DNA of 63,174 bases, the filler included, from Octopus bimaculoides (Eukaryota), in the NCBI RefSeq assembly GCF_001194135.2. It is 4 parts of 4 records of this genome, joined end to end, with 100 filler letters (N's around TTAATTAATTAA, not from the genome) between each part and the next. Parts side by side here need not be neighbours in the genome. Positions count along the whole stretch, not along the records: positions 29,780 to 56,269 come from NC_068982.1; positions 56,370 to 59,031 come from NW_026423728.1; positions 59,132 to 63,174 come from NW_026345006.1; 1 more part is not named here. One strand, 5' to 3'. The notes beneath the pieces are model-generated. The model made no database searches and had not been told where the DNA came from. It saw only the letters and a program-made list of their open reading frames with translations. The position numbers and the translations under genes are program-made. Shown here one piece after another: positions 52,929 through 63,174 of this stretch (within the stretch, counting starts at the first letter, position 1; each line of letters starts with the position of its first letter).

Positions 52929-55296
52929 AAGGGCTTGTGTATGGTATGAACTGTTATGTGTGTATGTTGATGGTTGGTTATTGGTAATGAAAGATTTTCA
53001 GTAATTTTGAGAAGATAACCCATGTTCTTGTGTCTCCTGAGACTATGAGACATGCTGAATTTGTTTGGATCTATTACACTTTCTTCCTTAGCTTAATGTG
53101 ATCTTAGAAAACTTAAATTTTATTTGTTGAACTATCAGTCAAAACATAAGTTTTGCAAACACCATAACTGAAATAAGTACTTTTGTTATGCAGCTCTCAT
53201 ATGGTGGTACTGTTAATGTGAACTTCTTACTTAGTTTGGAATAAGACTCTCTCTAACATGGTGTTACTGTTGGTGTGAGCTTTCCCGTTAATTTGGAATG
53301 AACGTACTTATGTAAACAACTCTCTCATATGGTGCCATTGTTGGTATGAGTTTCCACCTGTGCTTGGAATGAGAAAAGTATATAAGACAGCTTTCACTTG
53401 GTAATAGTGTTGATGTGTGCTTCTTAGTTCACAATGTGATGGCACTTAAGTATTTTACTTACTAAACATTGAACCATCACAAGAGAGCCTCTATTTGGTC
53501 ATTTGTCCTGCTAGAAACAGCAGCCAAATCTCCCTCTACTCATAACCTATCTTTAAAAATGAAGGACATATTAGATAATGCTGTCCTAAATACATTATGT
53601 TTGAAAAAAGACTGGCCAGTTATGGTTGGAATGTTTTCAATCAGTTGAGCTGCTAGATCAGAGCAGGGCTTGGTTGGGGCTTACCTGTTTGCAATTTGCT
53701 TTTCCAATTCTTACTGTCAAAATAGATGACATATTTAGCTTTTAATCCATTTCTCAAGTTTCCTCTCTTACACCTTAACAATGAAGAAATTTTTGTACTT
53801 TGGAACAGTGAAAACATGAAGTAACAGTAAATAAAATCAGTGGAAATTCATGTATTTTTGTTTATATAGAATTGAAAGAACAGGAATTCAGGGACAGTTC
53901 TTTGAAGTGTGTTTGGCTTTTGTAACTTTACATTTTGGCAGTAACAATTTTTTGTTATTAAAGATTTCCTTCCATGTACTTTTATGAGTGTGGCTTTTGA
54001 TGGAATCTTCAATGTTTTAGTGAAACTAAAAAACAAAATTATACAAAGTTTAATCCTATTTTACAGTGTGGTTGTTTACAAAAGATAAACATACTTGTGA
54101 ACTTATGAATCCACTTATCTGCTTGACACGTGTGTGAGCTATTAGGATACTGAATTCATGTTTTCCATTGTTCAAACGTTTCATTGTCACTGGGAAAAAT
54201 ATTTCTCCTTATCTCAAGTGATCCAACTTGGAAATTGGTATTGGATTGTCTGGGGAAAGTCAACTGAGAATGACCAGATTTCTATTCCAAGCAAAATTTG
54301 TATTATCTGCTTAATAGTTCAGAAAACAATAAGAGTAAGCTCTATGAACAGTTATGATGACTAATGAAATATATACATTCACACAAGTGCATGAACACAT
54401 GCATATATGGATGTGCTCCCACCAACACACCAAGGTGGATGGTATTGATAGATTAAGATGTTGGATTTTATTAACTATGACTTATAAAACTAGGTAATCT
54501 GCAACTATCATAAGAACTCTTAGCTAATAGAGATAACTGGGGTTATTTATAATCAGAACTGTGTAGTTATTATCTGTGCAAGCAAGGTTCCTTATGTGAA
54601 AAGAAAACTGAGTAATATTCATTCAACACACATACATACATATTTATGTGTATTTTTATTGCTTGTATGAAATAAAGAGAGCAAGTATTCAGTGATAGTT
54701 TCTAAAGTGTGCTGGATTTCATGATTTATATTTTGGCAATAGCAACATGAAATGCTGAATTGCATGATAAAGGTTGATAGATCAAGACATACAACAGTTT
54801 TCTCACACTATTTAGTTGTATTTGATGTAAATATAGTTACATAGTCTGTAAAATAAAATTGTAATCAACTATGTACCCTTTTCCCCAAATGTTAGGGCAC
54901 ATACCAATAGCAGAAATCAATAATCACACTGTTAATTGTTGGACAATATTTACATCCACAAGAATAAAATTTCTTTTCTTCTGTAGATATCTTTTAACAT
55001 TAAACCTCTATCCTATACATGGCAACAGTAGGTCAGAAAATAAAGGTACGGGCTTATATATTATATATATATNNNNNNNNNNNNNNNNNNNNNNNNNNNN
55101 NNNNNNNNNNNNNNNNNNNNNNNNNNNNNNNNNNNNNNNNNNNNNNNNNNNNNNNNNNNNNNNNNNNNNNNNNNNNNNNNNNNNNNNNNNNNNNNNNNNN
55201 NNNNNNNNNNNNNNNNNNNNNNNNNNNNNNNNNNNNNNNNNNNNNNNNNNNNNNNNNNNNNNNNNNNNNNNNNNNNNNNNNNNNNNNNNNNNNNNN

Positions 55297-55916
55297 AAAA
55301 TAACACTGACATTACATTTTAACAGATATATTTACCAAAATTACATAAAAATATTTTGAAATACTAAAGAGTAAGTTTATTCAATAAAATCACCATTGAC
55401 TTCAACTACGGCCTCCAGACGACTTCGGAATCTCCTGCAACTCTTCTGGATGCTCTCCTTGTTTGAGTTGGTGAATGCTGCCATAATCCTTGTCTTCAGT
55501 TCATCTTTGGTGTTACAAGGAGTTTTGTTGGTCTCTTGCTCAACTGTGCCCCACACATAATAATCAAGGGGGTTGCAGTCTGGGGAGTTAGGTGGCCAGA
55601 TGTTAGGAGTGATGTGGTTGCAGAAACTGTCTGACAGTCATGACTGGGTTCTCCTGCTTATGTGGCATGGTGCAGGGTCCTGTTACCAGACATAGGATCT
55701 TCCAGCAGCCACCCTCTTGACCCAGAGCAGCACTACCTCATCCAGGCACTTGATGTAAGCCTCCATGTTGAGTCTGAGGCCATGTGGGAATATGAATGGA
55801 GACATAACATCACCATCATTAGTGATCACTCTAAACACCATGATGTTGACTGGATGTTTGATCTTTATCACTCTCAATACTGTAAAATGACGAAAATTTA
55901 CCCATCACACCCTGTA
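55297..55916 (-). mobile_element. DD37D (maT/mori-type) deletion derivative
   Basis: TACAGGGTG terminus at 55916; KHPVNIMVF..YVWQQD.APCH..WPPNSPDCNPLDYYVWG..RFRSRLEAVVEVNGDFIE. Confidence 0.9.
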
Positions 55917-55928
55917 TATATGTATATA

Positions 55929-55981
<53 letters not shown>

Positions 55982-56369
55982 TTGATACACACAGAACAAA
56001 AAACAATAGAGAAGAGTAAAAAACACTTGCCTTTAGTTAATTTAGTACAATTGTTTCACAGTTAAGAGTACATAATACTCTATTCTGATCTTCAGCTAAA
56101 TATTCTAATAAATTTGTTAATGTCTAAATAACTCACGTTAATTTTGACCATGTGAACATCAATACCACGTGAGGAAGACGTTAAGAAATTTATCGGCCAG
56201 TAAGTTCAAAATCTCTCGCCCTAATGAATTTCAATTCAGTGTGTATCAGAAATAGTCCCGCTTAGGAAANNNNNNNNNNNNNNNNNNNNNNNNNNNNNNN
56301 NNNNNNNNNNNNNTTAATTAATTAANNNNNNNNNNNNNNNNNNNNNNNNNNNNNNNNNNNNNNNNNNNN

Positions 56370-56413
<44 letters not shown>

Positions 56414-56772
56414 TATAAATGCTATATATGTGTATATACATGTATATGTATGTATGTGTACAGATGTGCGTGTTTGTACATTCACACACGCACGCACATA
56501 CACACTCACACACACATATGAAGAGTGCGCAGATTTTTCATTTTAAGTGTACATGAATATACGCATGAATATATGTGCATGCGCGTGTATGTGTGGTTAT
56601 ATAGTTATGTACGTTTATACATTTATAAATTTTTGTGTATATGAATGTATTAATATATTTATTTTCTTTTTATAATCATAAATTGTTTGTGATGACTTAT
56701 TTACTCCTACAATCTAGCATTGAGATTATATATATATATATATCTATATATAAATATATATATATATATATC

Positions 56773-56804
<32 letters not shown>

Positions 56805-56835
56805 CATATTTATATATACATGCATATATATGTAT

Positions 56836-57240
56836 GCAGTCGTGACTGTGTGGTAAGAAGCTTGCTTCCCAAACACATGGTTCAGTTCCAGTGTGTGACA
56901 CCTTGGACAAGTGTCTTCTACTATAGCCTCGGTCCGACTAAACCCTCGTGAGTGGATTTGGTAGACGGAAACTGAAAGAAGCCCGTCGTATATGTACATA
57001 TATGCGTGTGTGTTTATGTGTTTATGTGTGTATGTCTGTGTCTGTACCCCTCCATCTCTTGACAACCGATGCTGGTGTGTTTATGTCACCGTAAATTAGC
57101 GGTTCGGCCTAAGAGACCGATAGAATAAGTACTAGGCTCACAAAGAATAAGTCCTGGAGTCGATTTCTTCGACTAGAGACCCGTTAAGGCAGTTCTCCAG
57201 CATGGCCGCAGTCAAATGACTGAAACAAATAAAAGAAAAT
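56836..57240 (+). mobile_element. SINE family A, full length
   Basis: Same architecture. Confidence 0.85.
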
Positions 57241-58259
57241 ATATATACACATATATATTATGTTTATACACATACACACACAAATGTATGTTTGTATTTG
57301 CCACGTTGATGCGGTGCATCTTCTGTTCTAGAAGGTTAGCGACGGCCTTATGCAGCTCCATACATTGATTTTGTTGAATACACGTGCCACGCTGTTTGTT
57401 TGAGTTTCGAAGAATCGAGCGGCTGCTTTCACAGTACATGAAGGCATTATTATCATTATTATCCGTTAGTCTTTTGGATTGACGGAAGATTTAGTGCGTT
57501 GAACAAAATGCATTAGTGTAATTCTTCTGACACATTACGTTGTGACTTCAAATTAGATAATTACCTTTGTCTTACATACTTCCGGAGCGATAATTTAGAG
57601 TACCAGTTGAGTCTTGGGGTCAATGCCATTGACTGAATAACCCTCTCTCCGAAATTTCTGGCTTTGTGGCTATAGTTGAACAGTTAGAGTAAGAATTTGA
57701 CGGAATCCTTAGAGCGTCTGGCCAAATGCTTTGTAGGAATTGTTATAGCATCTATTACCAATTATTATCTATTACCAATTTAATCAACTAAATTTCTGCT
57801 CCTAAAATTTTCAGGTCTTGAACCAATATTCTTTCTATCTATCTCTTTCTAATTTTCGTGGAAAGCCAGCAATTTTAACGGAATGTTAAAATCGATGCCA
57901 GTGTTCAACTACTACTTAGTTTATCGACCCCCAAAAGGACGTAGGTTAAAATCAACCATCACAGTTTCTGAATCCAGAAGGTAAAGATTCGGTAGAAATT
58001 ATGCCAAACACGTTTTCTGGCACGGTAGCAATTCTATCCGCTCGATACTTTAGCCTCTGTACCTAAATGAGAAAGAATTACTATTATTAACAGTTTTCCC
58101 TGACGCAAGTCATCACATTTTCGTTCAAACGCTATTTTCTTTTACTTATTCATCGACTTTGCTGAGTCACGGTTTCCATATATAATAAAAATCATAAATA
58201 GAATGAGAAAGAAGAAAGCTTCTTACAATGGAGCAAGTTTAAAAAAGAAAAAAACTCCT

Positions 58260-58489
58260 AATATTTCGTGCGCAAACGCCCATCTTCGGAAAGACAAAGT
58301 CAAAGAACTCTGCATCTACATAGACTCTGCCATTTTGGACAGCCAGATGGGCAATGACATCGTATCGTTTTAGTCAAATGTTTGTGCTGGCAGCAGCAGG
58401 TCTCCAAAATCTGAGGTTGTTGGTGTCATGAAGCACTGGCTGTACGTTAGCAGCTGTGCTGGTGAAGGCAGATGTCGATGGTGGTAAAT
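58260..58489 (+). promoter_or_regulatory. Putative TSS / alternative first exon with YY1-type motif, uORFs and strong donor
   Basis: GCCATTTTG at 58329-58337, CpG retention, unique GC-richer sequence, GTG|GTAAAT donor at 58484 preceded by in-phase ATG TCG ATG GTG. Confidence 0.35.
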
Positions 58490-59402
58490 GCCATATTTGT
58501 TTTTGGTAGTGAAGGCCATGGTTGTTGTCCCTGGTCGTTTCCCATTTCATTTATTATTCTACTTCTGTACTACAATGCTTCAAAAGAACTACAACACTCT
58601 TCTTTCAATAAAAATTATATTAGTTAGCTTGTACCAAGAAACTAAACAACACATAATCTCACCCATCTTTCCTCATAGTATTTCTAGCATTGAGTTTCTG
58701 TATAAAAACCATTACTAACAAATAACTTGTCATGCAATTTAAAATAGAACTAAAATTAGGGGCAATGGAATTCGCGATAGGATTTCAGTTGAATTCCCTA
58801 TTGTAAGACTTTTCATTTTGTTTATACATACGTCTTGATTTTGAAGTCTTGTTCTAATGCAAGTAATTAACATCACGTGATAATCAATAAATGCCAATAA
58901 ATCTGGACATTTACATTCTATGCAGACGGTTTTTCAAAAGGAACTGATCTTCTTAAATTTATCAGCCCATACAACAAGATTACCCAAAAACATGTCTTTT
59001 AAATTTATTTGATAAAAAAGTTTTAAAACTANNNNNNNNNNNNNNNNNNNNNNNNNNNNNNNNNNNNNNNNNNNNTTAATTAATTAANNNNNNNNNNNNN
59101 NNNNNNNNNNNNNNNNNNNNNNNNNNNNNNNATTTATGTGACTTTCGTTCCAAATTATGGATGTCAACAAAAAATTCTAATTGGATTTTGCACTATACTG
59201 GAGTTGGGAGAAATAAAACTTCGTTTAAATTGACAATGCAGGGAAGTTAAGAATCACATAAAATTTTTTGAGTTATGAATTTAGCTGCCCGTGTTTTTTT
59301 GCTTCTTTTCCGTTTAACGATATCATGTTATCAGGTACGATGCTTCGCTGTAAATATATACATACATGTTTCGTTATGTGACGTGATGTGAAGTATGTAT
59401 GG

Positions 59403-59443
<41 letters not shown>

Positions 59444-59635
59444 AATATACACACACACAAACGATTGAGTGGACAAACGAAAGAAGGGCACATGCATAGT
59501 CAAGGTATGTGGCTAGTGTATTCGGCTGACGATTATAAAGTTGGAGTTCGATTCCCGGTTGCGTGTTGTGCCCTTGGGCAACAACCCTTACGAGTGTGTC
59601 CTGTATTATTCTCGGCTCTGGGTAAAAAATAAATA

Positions 59636-60037
59636 TAGGCGTAGGAGTGGCTGTGTGGTAAGTAACCTGCTTACATACCACATGGTTCCGGGTTCAGTCA
59701 CACTGCGTGACACCTTGGGCAAGTGTCTTCTACTGTAGCCTCGGGCCGAACAAAGCCTTGTGAGTGGATTTCGTTGACGGAAACTGAAAGAAGCCCGTCG
59801 TATACATGTATATATGTATGTATGTGTGTATATGTTTGTGTGTCTGAGTCAGTCCCCTCAACATCGCTTGACAACCGATGCTGGTGTGTTTACGTCCCCG
59901 TAACTTAGCGGTTCGGCAAAAGAGGCCGATAGAATAAGTACTAGGCTTACAAAGAATAAGTCCTGGGGTCGATTAGCTCGACTAAAGGTGGTGCTCCAGC
60001 ATGGCTACAGTCAAAGGACTGAAACAAGTAAAAGAGT
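59636..60037 (+). mobile_element. SINE family A, full length, CpGs retained
   Basis: Same architecture. Confidence 0.9.
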
Positions 60038-60653
60038 ATAGGAGGATCAGGTAATTACGATTTTATTCACCATATTCCCCTCTGAGATTCACACACTTAT
60101 TGCAGCGGCCCTTCAGTTTTTCTAGCCCCTGTAAAAGAACTCAGAAGGTTGGGCCTCCAACCAGGCGTTTCACAATACTTTTAAAGCCCCTCGTATTTCA
60201 CGTTGCTGTAGTCCACTCATCTAGCATAAATGATCATGATCTGTGCCTATATTTCAAAGGGACCAGCCTGGTCACTTTCTGACTCCCCTGAAGAACTAGC
60301 GTAAGTGTACGCGTGTCTCCTTGGAGTGTTTAACCACATGCACGTTAATTTCATGGGAGGCTGTTTCGTTGATCGAATCAACTGAACAGTCGTTGTAACC
60401 GACGGAGAGCCAGGCCATGTATACATAATATATATAAGCTTATACATATACATACCTCCACACACAGACACATACGTACATAGACATATATAGATATATA
60501 TACTTACACATGCACACACACACATATATATATATATATATACATACACGCATACATACATATACACACACGTACATACCCACATACATACGTACACACA
60601 CACTCACACACACAGACTCGCATATATATAGATATGCATATATATATATATAT

Positions 60654-60684
<31 letters not shown>

Positions 60685-61249
60685 CACACACACACGTATA
60701 TATANNNNNNNNNNNNNNNNNNNNNNNNNNNNNNNNNNNNNNNNNNNNNNNNNNNNNNNNNNNNNNNNNNNNNNNNNNNNNNNNNNNNNNNNNNNNNNNN
60801 NNNNNNNNNNNNNNNNNNNNNNNNNNNNNNNNNNNNNNNNNNNNNNNNNNNNNNNNNNNNNNNNNNNATATATATACACACATACATACATATATATTCC
60901 AAATGAAAGAGAACCTAATGCACATTAGATTAAAGTTGAATGGAAGAAGAAAGGCAAAGTGTTAACGTTCGTGATGTAACTCTTCAAGGTTGAAGAGAAA
61001 GAAGGCTGAGCATTTTGCACAAATGCACATACATGCATTTATTAGCCATTACCTGATTCCTTACTTTTGATATAATTCGCGATTCATTTCTCACTGCTTC
61101 CTGTATTTGTCTTTCATTCTCTGTCTTCTCCCTCACTCCCTTCCATCTTTTTACTCAATCGTGCCGATGTCTTGTGTGTATGAGTGTGAGTGTGAGTGTG
61201 TGTGTGTATCAGTATGCGTTAGCGTGTATTTCTATTATTGGAGAATTGC

Positions 61250-61460
61250 CTTCGTGGATATCGACGCCATTTGCAGACTTTCGTTCTCTTATTCCCTCTA
61301 CGTGTTTCATCAAATGTGCCCAGTGAATGGCCAGTTTGTAAATTCAGTAAATCACGTGTGTCACAAATTTCATCGTATTGAGCGCAAGTCTTGTGACGTA
61401 ACTCTCGATCGTTTACTGTTCTCTACAGTTGGAGGAAACGGCAATGCATAAGGAATATCC
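61250..61460 (+). promoter_or_regulatory. Putative promoter-like island (YY1-like, E-box, CRE-like motifs)
   Basis: CGCCATTTG at 61265, CACGTG near 61352, TGACGTAA near 61394, many retained CpGs. Confidence 0.3.
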
Positions 61461-61597
61461 AGACTAATGGGAAATTCACTCGGTGGAAATAAGGTCTCTC
61501 TATCTCTGTGTCTGTCAGTCTCTGTTTTGCTATCTGCGTGTCAGTCTGTCTCTTGCTTTCTCTTTCGGTCTGTATGTCTCTGTCTGTCCGTCTCTCT

Positions 61598-61652
<55 letters not shown>

Positions 61653-63174
61653 NNNNNNNNNNNNNNNNNNNNNNNNNNNNNNNNNNNNNNNNNNNNNNNN
61701 NNNNNNNNNNNNNNNNNNNNNNNNNNNNNNNNNNNNNNNNNNNNNNNNNNNNNNNNNNNNNNNNNNNNNNNNNNNNNNNNNNNNNNNNNNNNNNNNNNNN
61801 NNNNNNNNNNNNNNNNNNNNNNNNNNNNNNNNNNNNNNNNNNNNNNNNNNNNNNNNNNNNNNNNNNNNNNNNNNNNNNNNNNNNNNNNNNNNNNNNNNNN
61901 NNNNNNNNNNNNNNNNNNNNNNNNNNNNNNNNNNNNNNNNNNNNNNNNNNNNNNNNNNNNNNNNNNNNNNNNNNNNNNNNNNNNNNNNNNNNNNNNNNNN
62001 NNNNNNNNNNNNNNNNNNNNNNNNNNNNNNNNNNNNNNNNNNNNNNNNNNNNNNNNNNNNNNNNNNNNNNNNNNNNNNNNNNNNNNNNNNNNNNNNNNNN
62101 NNNNNNNNNNNNNNNNNNNNNNNNNNNNNNNNNNNNNNNNNNNNNNNNNNNNNNNNNNNNNNNNNNNNNNNNNNNNNNNNNNNNNNNNNNNNNNNNNNNN
62201 NNNNNNNNNNNNNNNNNNNNNNNNNNNNNNNNNNNNNNNNNNNNNNNNNNNNNNNNNNNNNNNNNNNNNNNNNNNNNNNNNNNNNNNNNNNNNNNNNNNN
62301 NNNNNNNNNNNNNNNNNNNNNNNNNNNNNNNNNNNNNNNNNNNNNNNNNNNNNNNNNNNNNNNNNNNNNNNNNNNNNATATACATACATATACACACATA
62401 CACATAATCAGTGGTAAATAATCGACGAAATCAAAGAGAATTCAAAATGTCTTTTGCAATCCAAGTGTAAAGGTAATCCAAGAATTAATTACCCCAAACC
62501 ATCGTCAGAAGGACGTACGTACATACTACATGCATACATACATACATACATACATAAATACATACATTCATAAATGAATAAATACATACATACATAGAAA
62601 GTCGTGCATTTTTGATGTTACTGAACCTAACGGCTCGGTCAGTATATATTGGTATGATCCGCTCCATACCAGTTCCTGAACAGACAAAGATAGTCACTTG
62701 GATCAAGTATGATCCTCTTATACTCCTCATTACAGACAATTGCCAAAATCTACAGAATACAAAGTAGAATGTTTCATTACCATTCGATCACATTTCAAAA
62801 AACGAAAACTCAGGAATTTATCTCTATTTTGTTTTCCACTGCCAAGTGTCTTCCGTTTCATGCCAACCATTTTTCATATACCGTTTGTTAATTAAAGGTC
62901 ATTAACATTGATGTAATTAATCTTAAATAATTAGACTACATTCTTTATTTTTTGCATTATTTATTTTAAGCGTGTGCGCTTTTTTCTCTTTGTATTTGCT
63001 TTGGAAATTAGTGCTTCATTTAATTCTCTGTTTCTTCGCTCCCACCGCCAACCTCGAGACACTGCTCATCTCCTTTTTGCAGTTGTGTTACTGGTTGTGG
63101 TATTGTTGTTGTTGTTTTTGGTGGTGGTGGTGGTGGTGATGGTGTGATGTTAAAAACGTTTTGAAATGTCTCGG

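Noticed and set aside
57212-57439. ORF ..MELHKAVANLLEQKMHRINVAN..
   Set aside because: No convincing domain match or splice context.
58196-58549. Minus-strand frame with a single in-frame TGA (..AAASTNI*LKRYDVIAHLAVQNGRVYVDAEFF..) as a possible selenoprotein; plus-strand VFGSEGHG as a SpoU-like motif
   Set aside because: No similarity to a selenoprotein family I recognise, no SECIS geometry, and the SpoU-like match is one short motif amid stops.
61423-62421. Long ORFs in the track here and at 27.4-28.0, 36.7-37.2, 44.7-45.5, 54.9-55.4 and 60.4-61.0 kb
   Set aside because: Artefacts of N runs and dinucleotide or trinucleotide repeats.
62485-62760. Protein-like frames on both strands (ILAIVCNEEYKRIILDPSDYL..; IPIYTDRAV..)
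   Set aside because: No family could be assigned and the frames conflict; needs BLASTX.
31344-63174. Search for SEC14L1 exon 2 (AYERRFP..)
   Set aside because: No matching codons found by eye on either strand; it may lie beyond the window or inside an N gap.

Overview
AT-rich, microsatellite-saturated animal genomic DNA. The repeat families and gene content point to an octopus; the species cannot be fixed from sequence alone. The only host coding sequence I can identify is the first coding exon of a SEC14-like 1 / real-time (retm) orthologue at 31281-31343 (+), MVHKYQSPVRVYKYPFEFVMA. Its second exon (expected AYERRFPTCP...) was not found in the remaining ~32 kb, so most of the right half is probably one large intron. 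The rest is tRNA-derived SINEs (three families), fragments of RTE, Rex3-like RTE, CR1/L2-like and R4/Dong-like LINEs, mariner and DD37D/maT transposon relics, and small (TA)n-flanked fold-back elements with hammerhead-ribozyme-like cores resembling Penelope-like retroelement termini. Three 100-nt gaps carry a synthetic TTAATTAATTAA linker, so the window is four artificially joined pieces. Best leads: (i) candidate alternative first exons in CpG-retaining intronic islands, in the same phase as SEC14L1 exon 1, one encoding an Arg/Leu-rich presequence-like peptide; (ii) a perfect 196-bp inverted repeat plus other intronic hairpins; (iii) hammerhead-bearing fold-back elements flanked by (TA)n arrays. 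No rRNA, true tRNA or CRISPR array is present.
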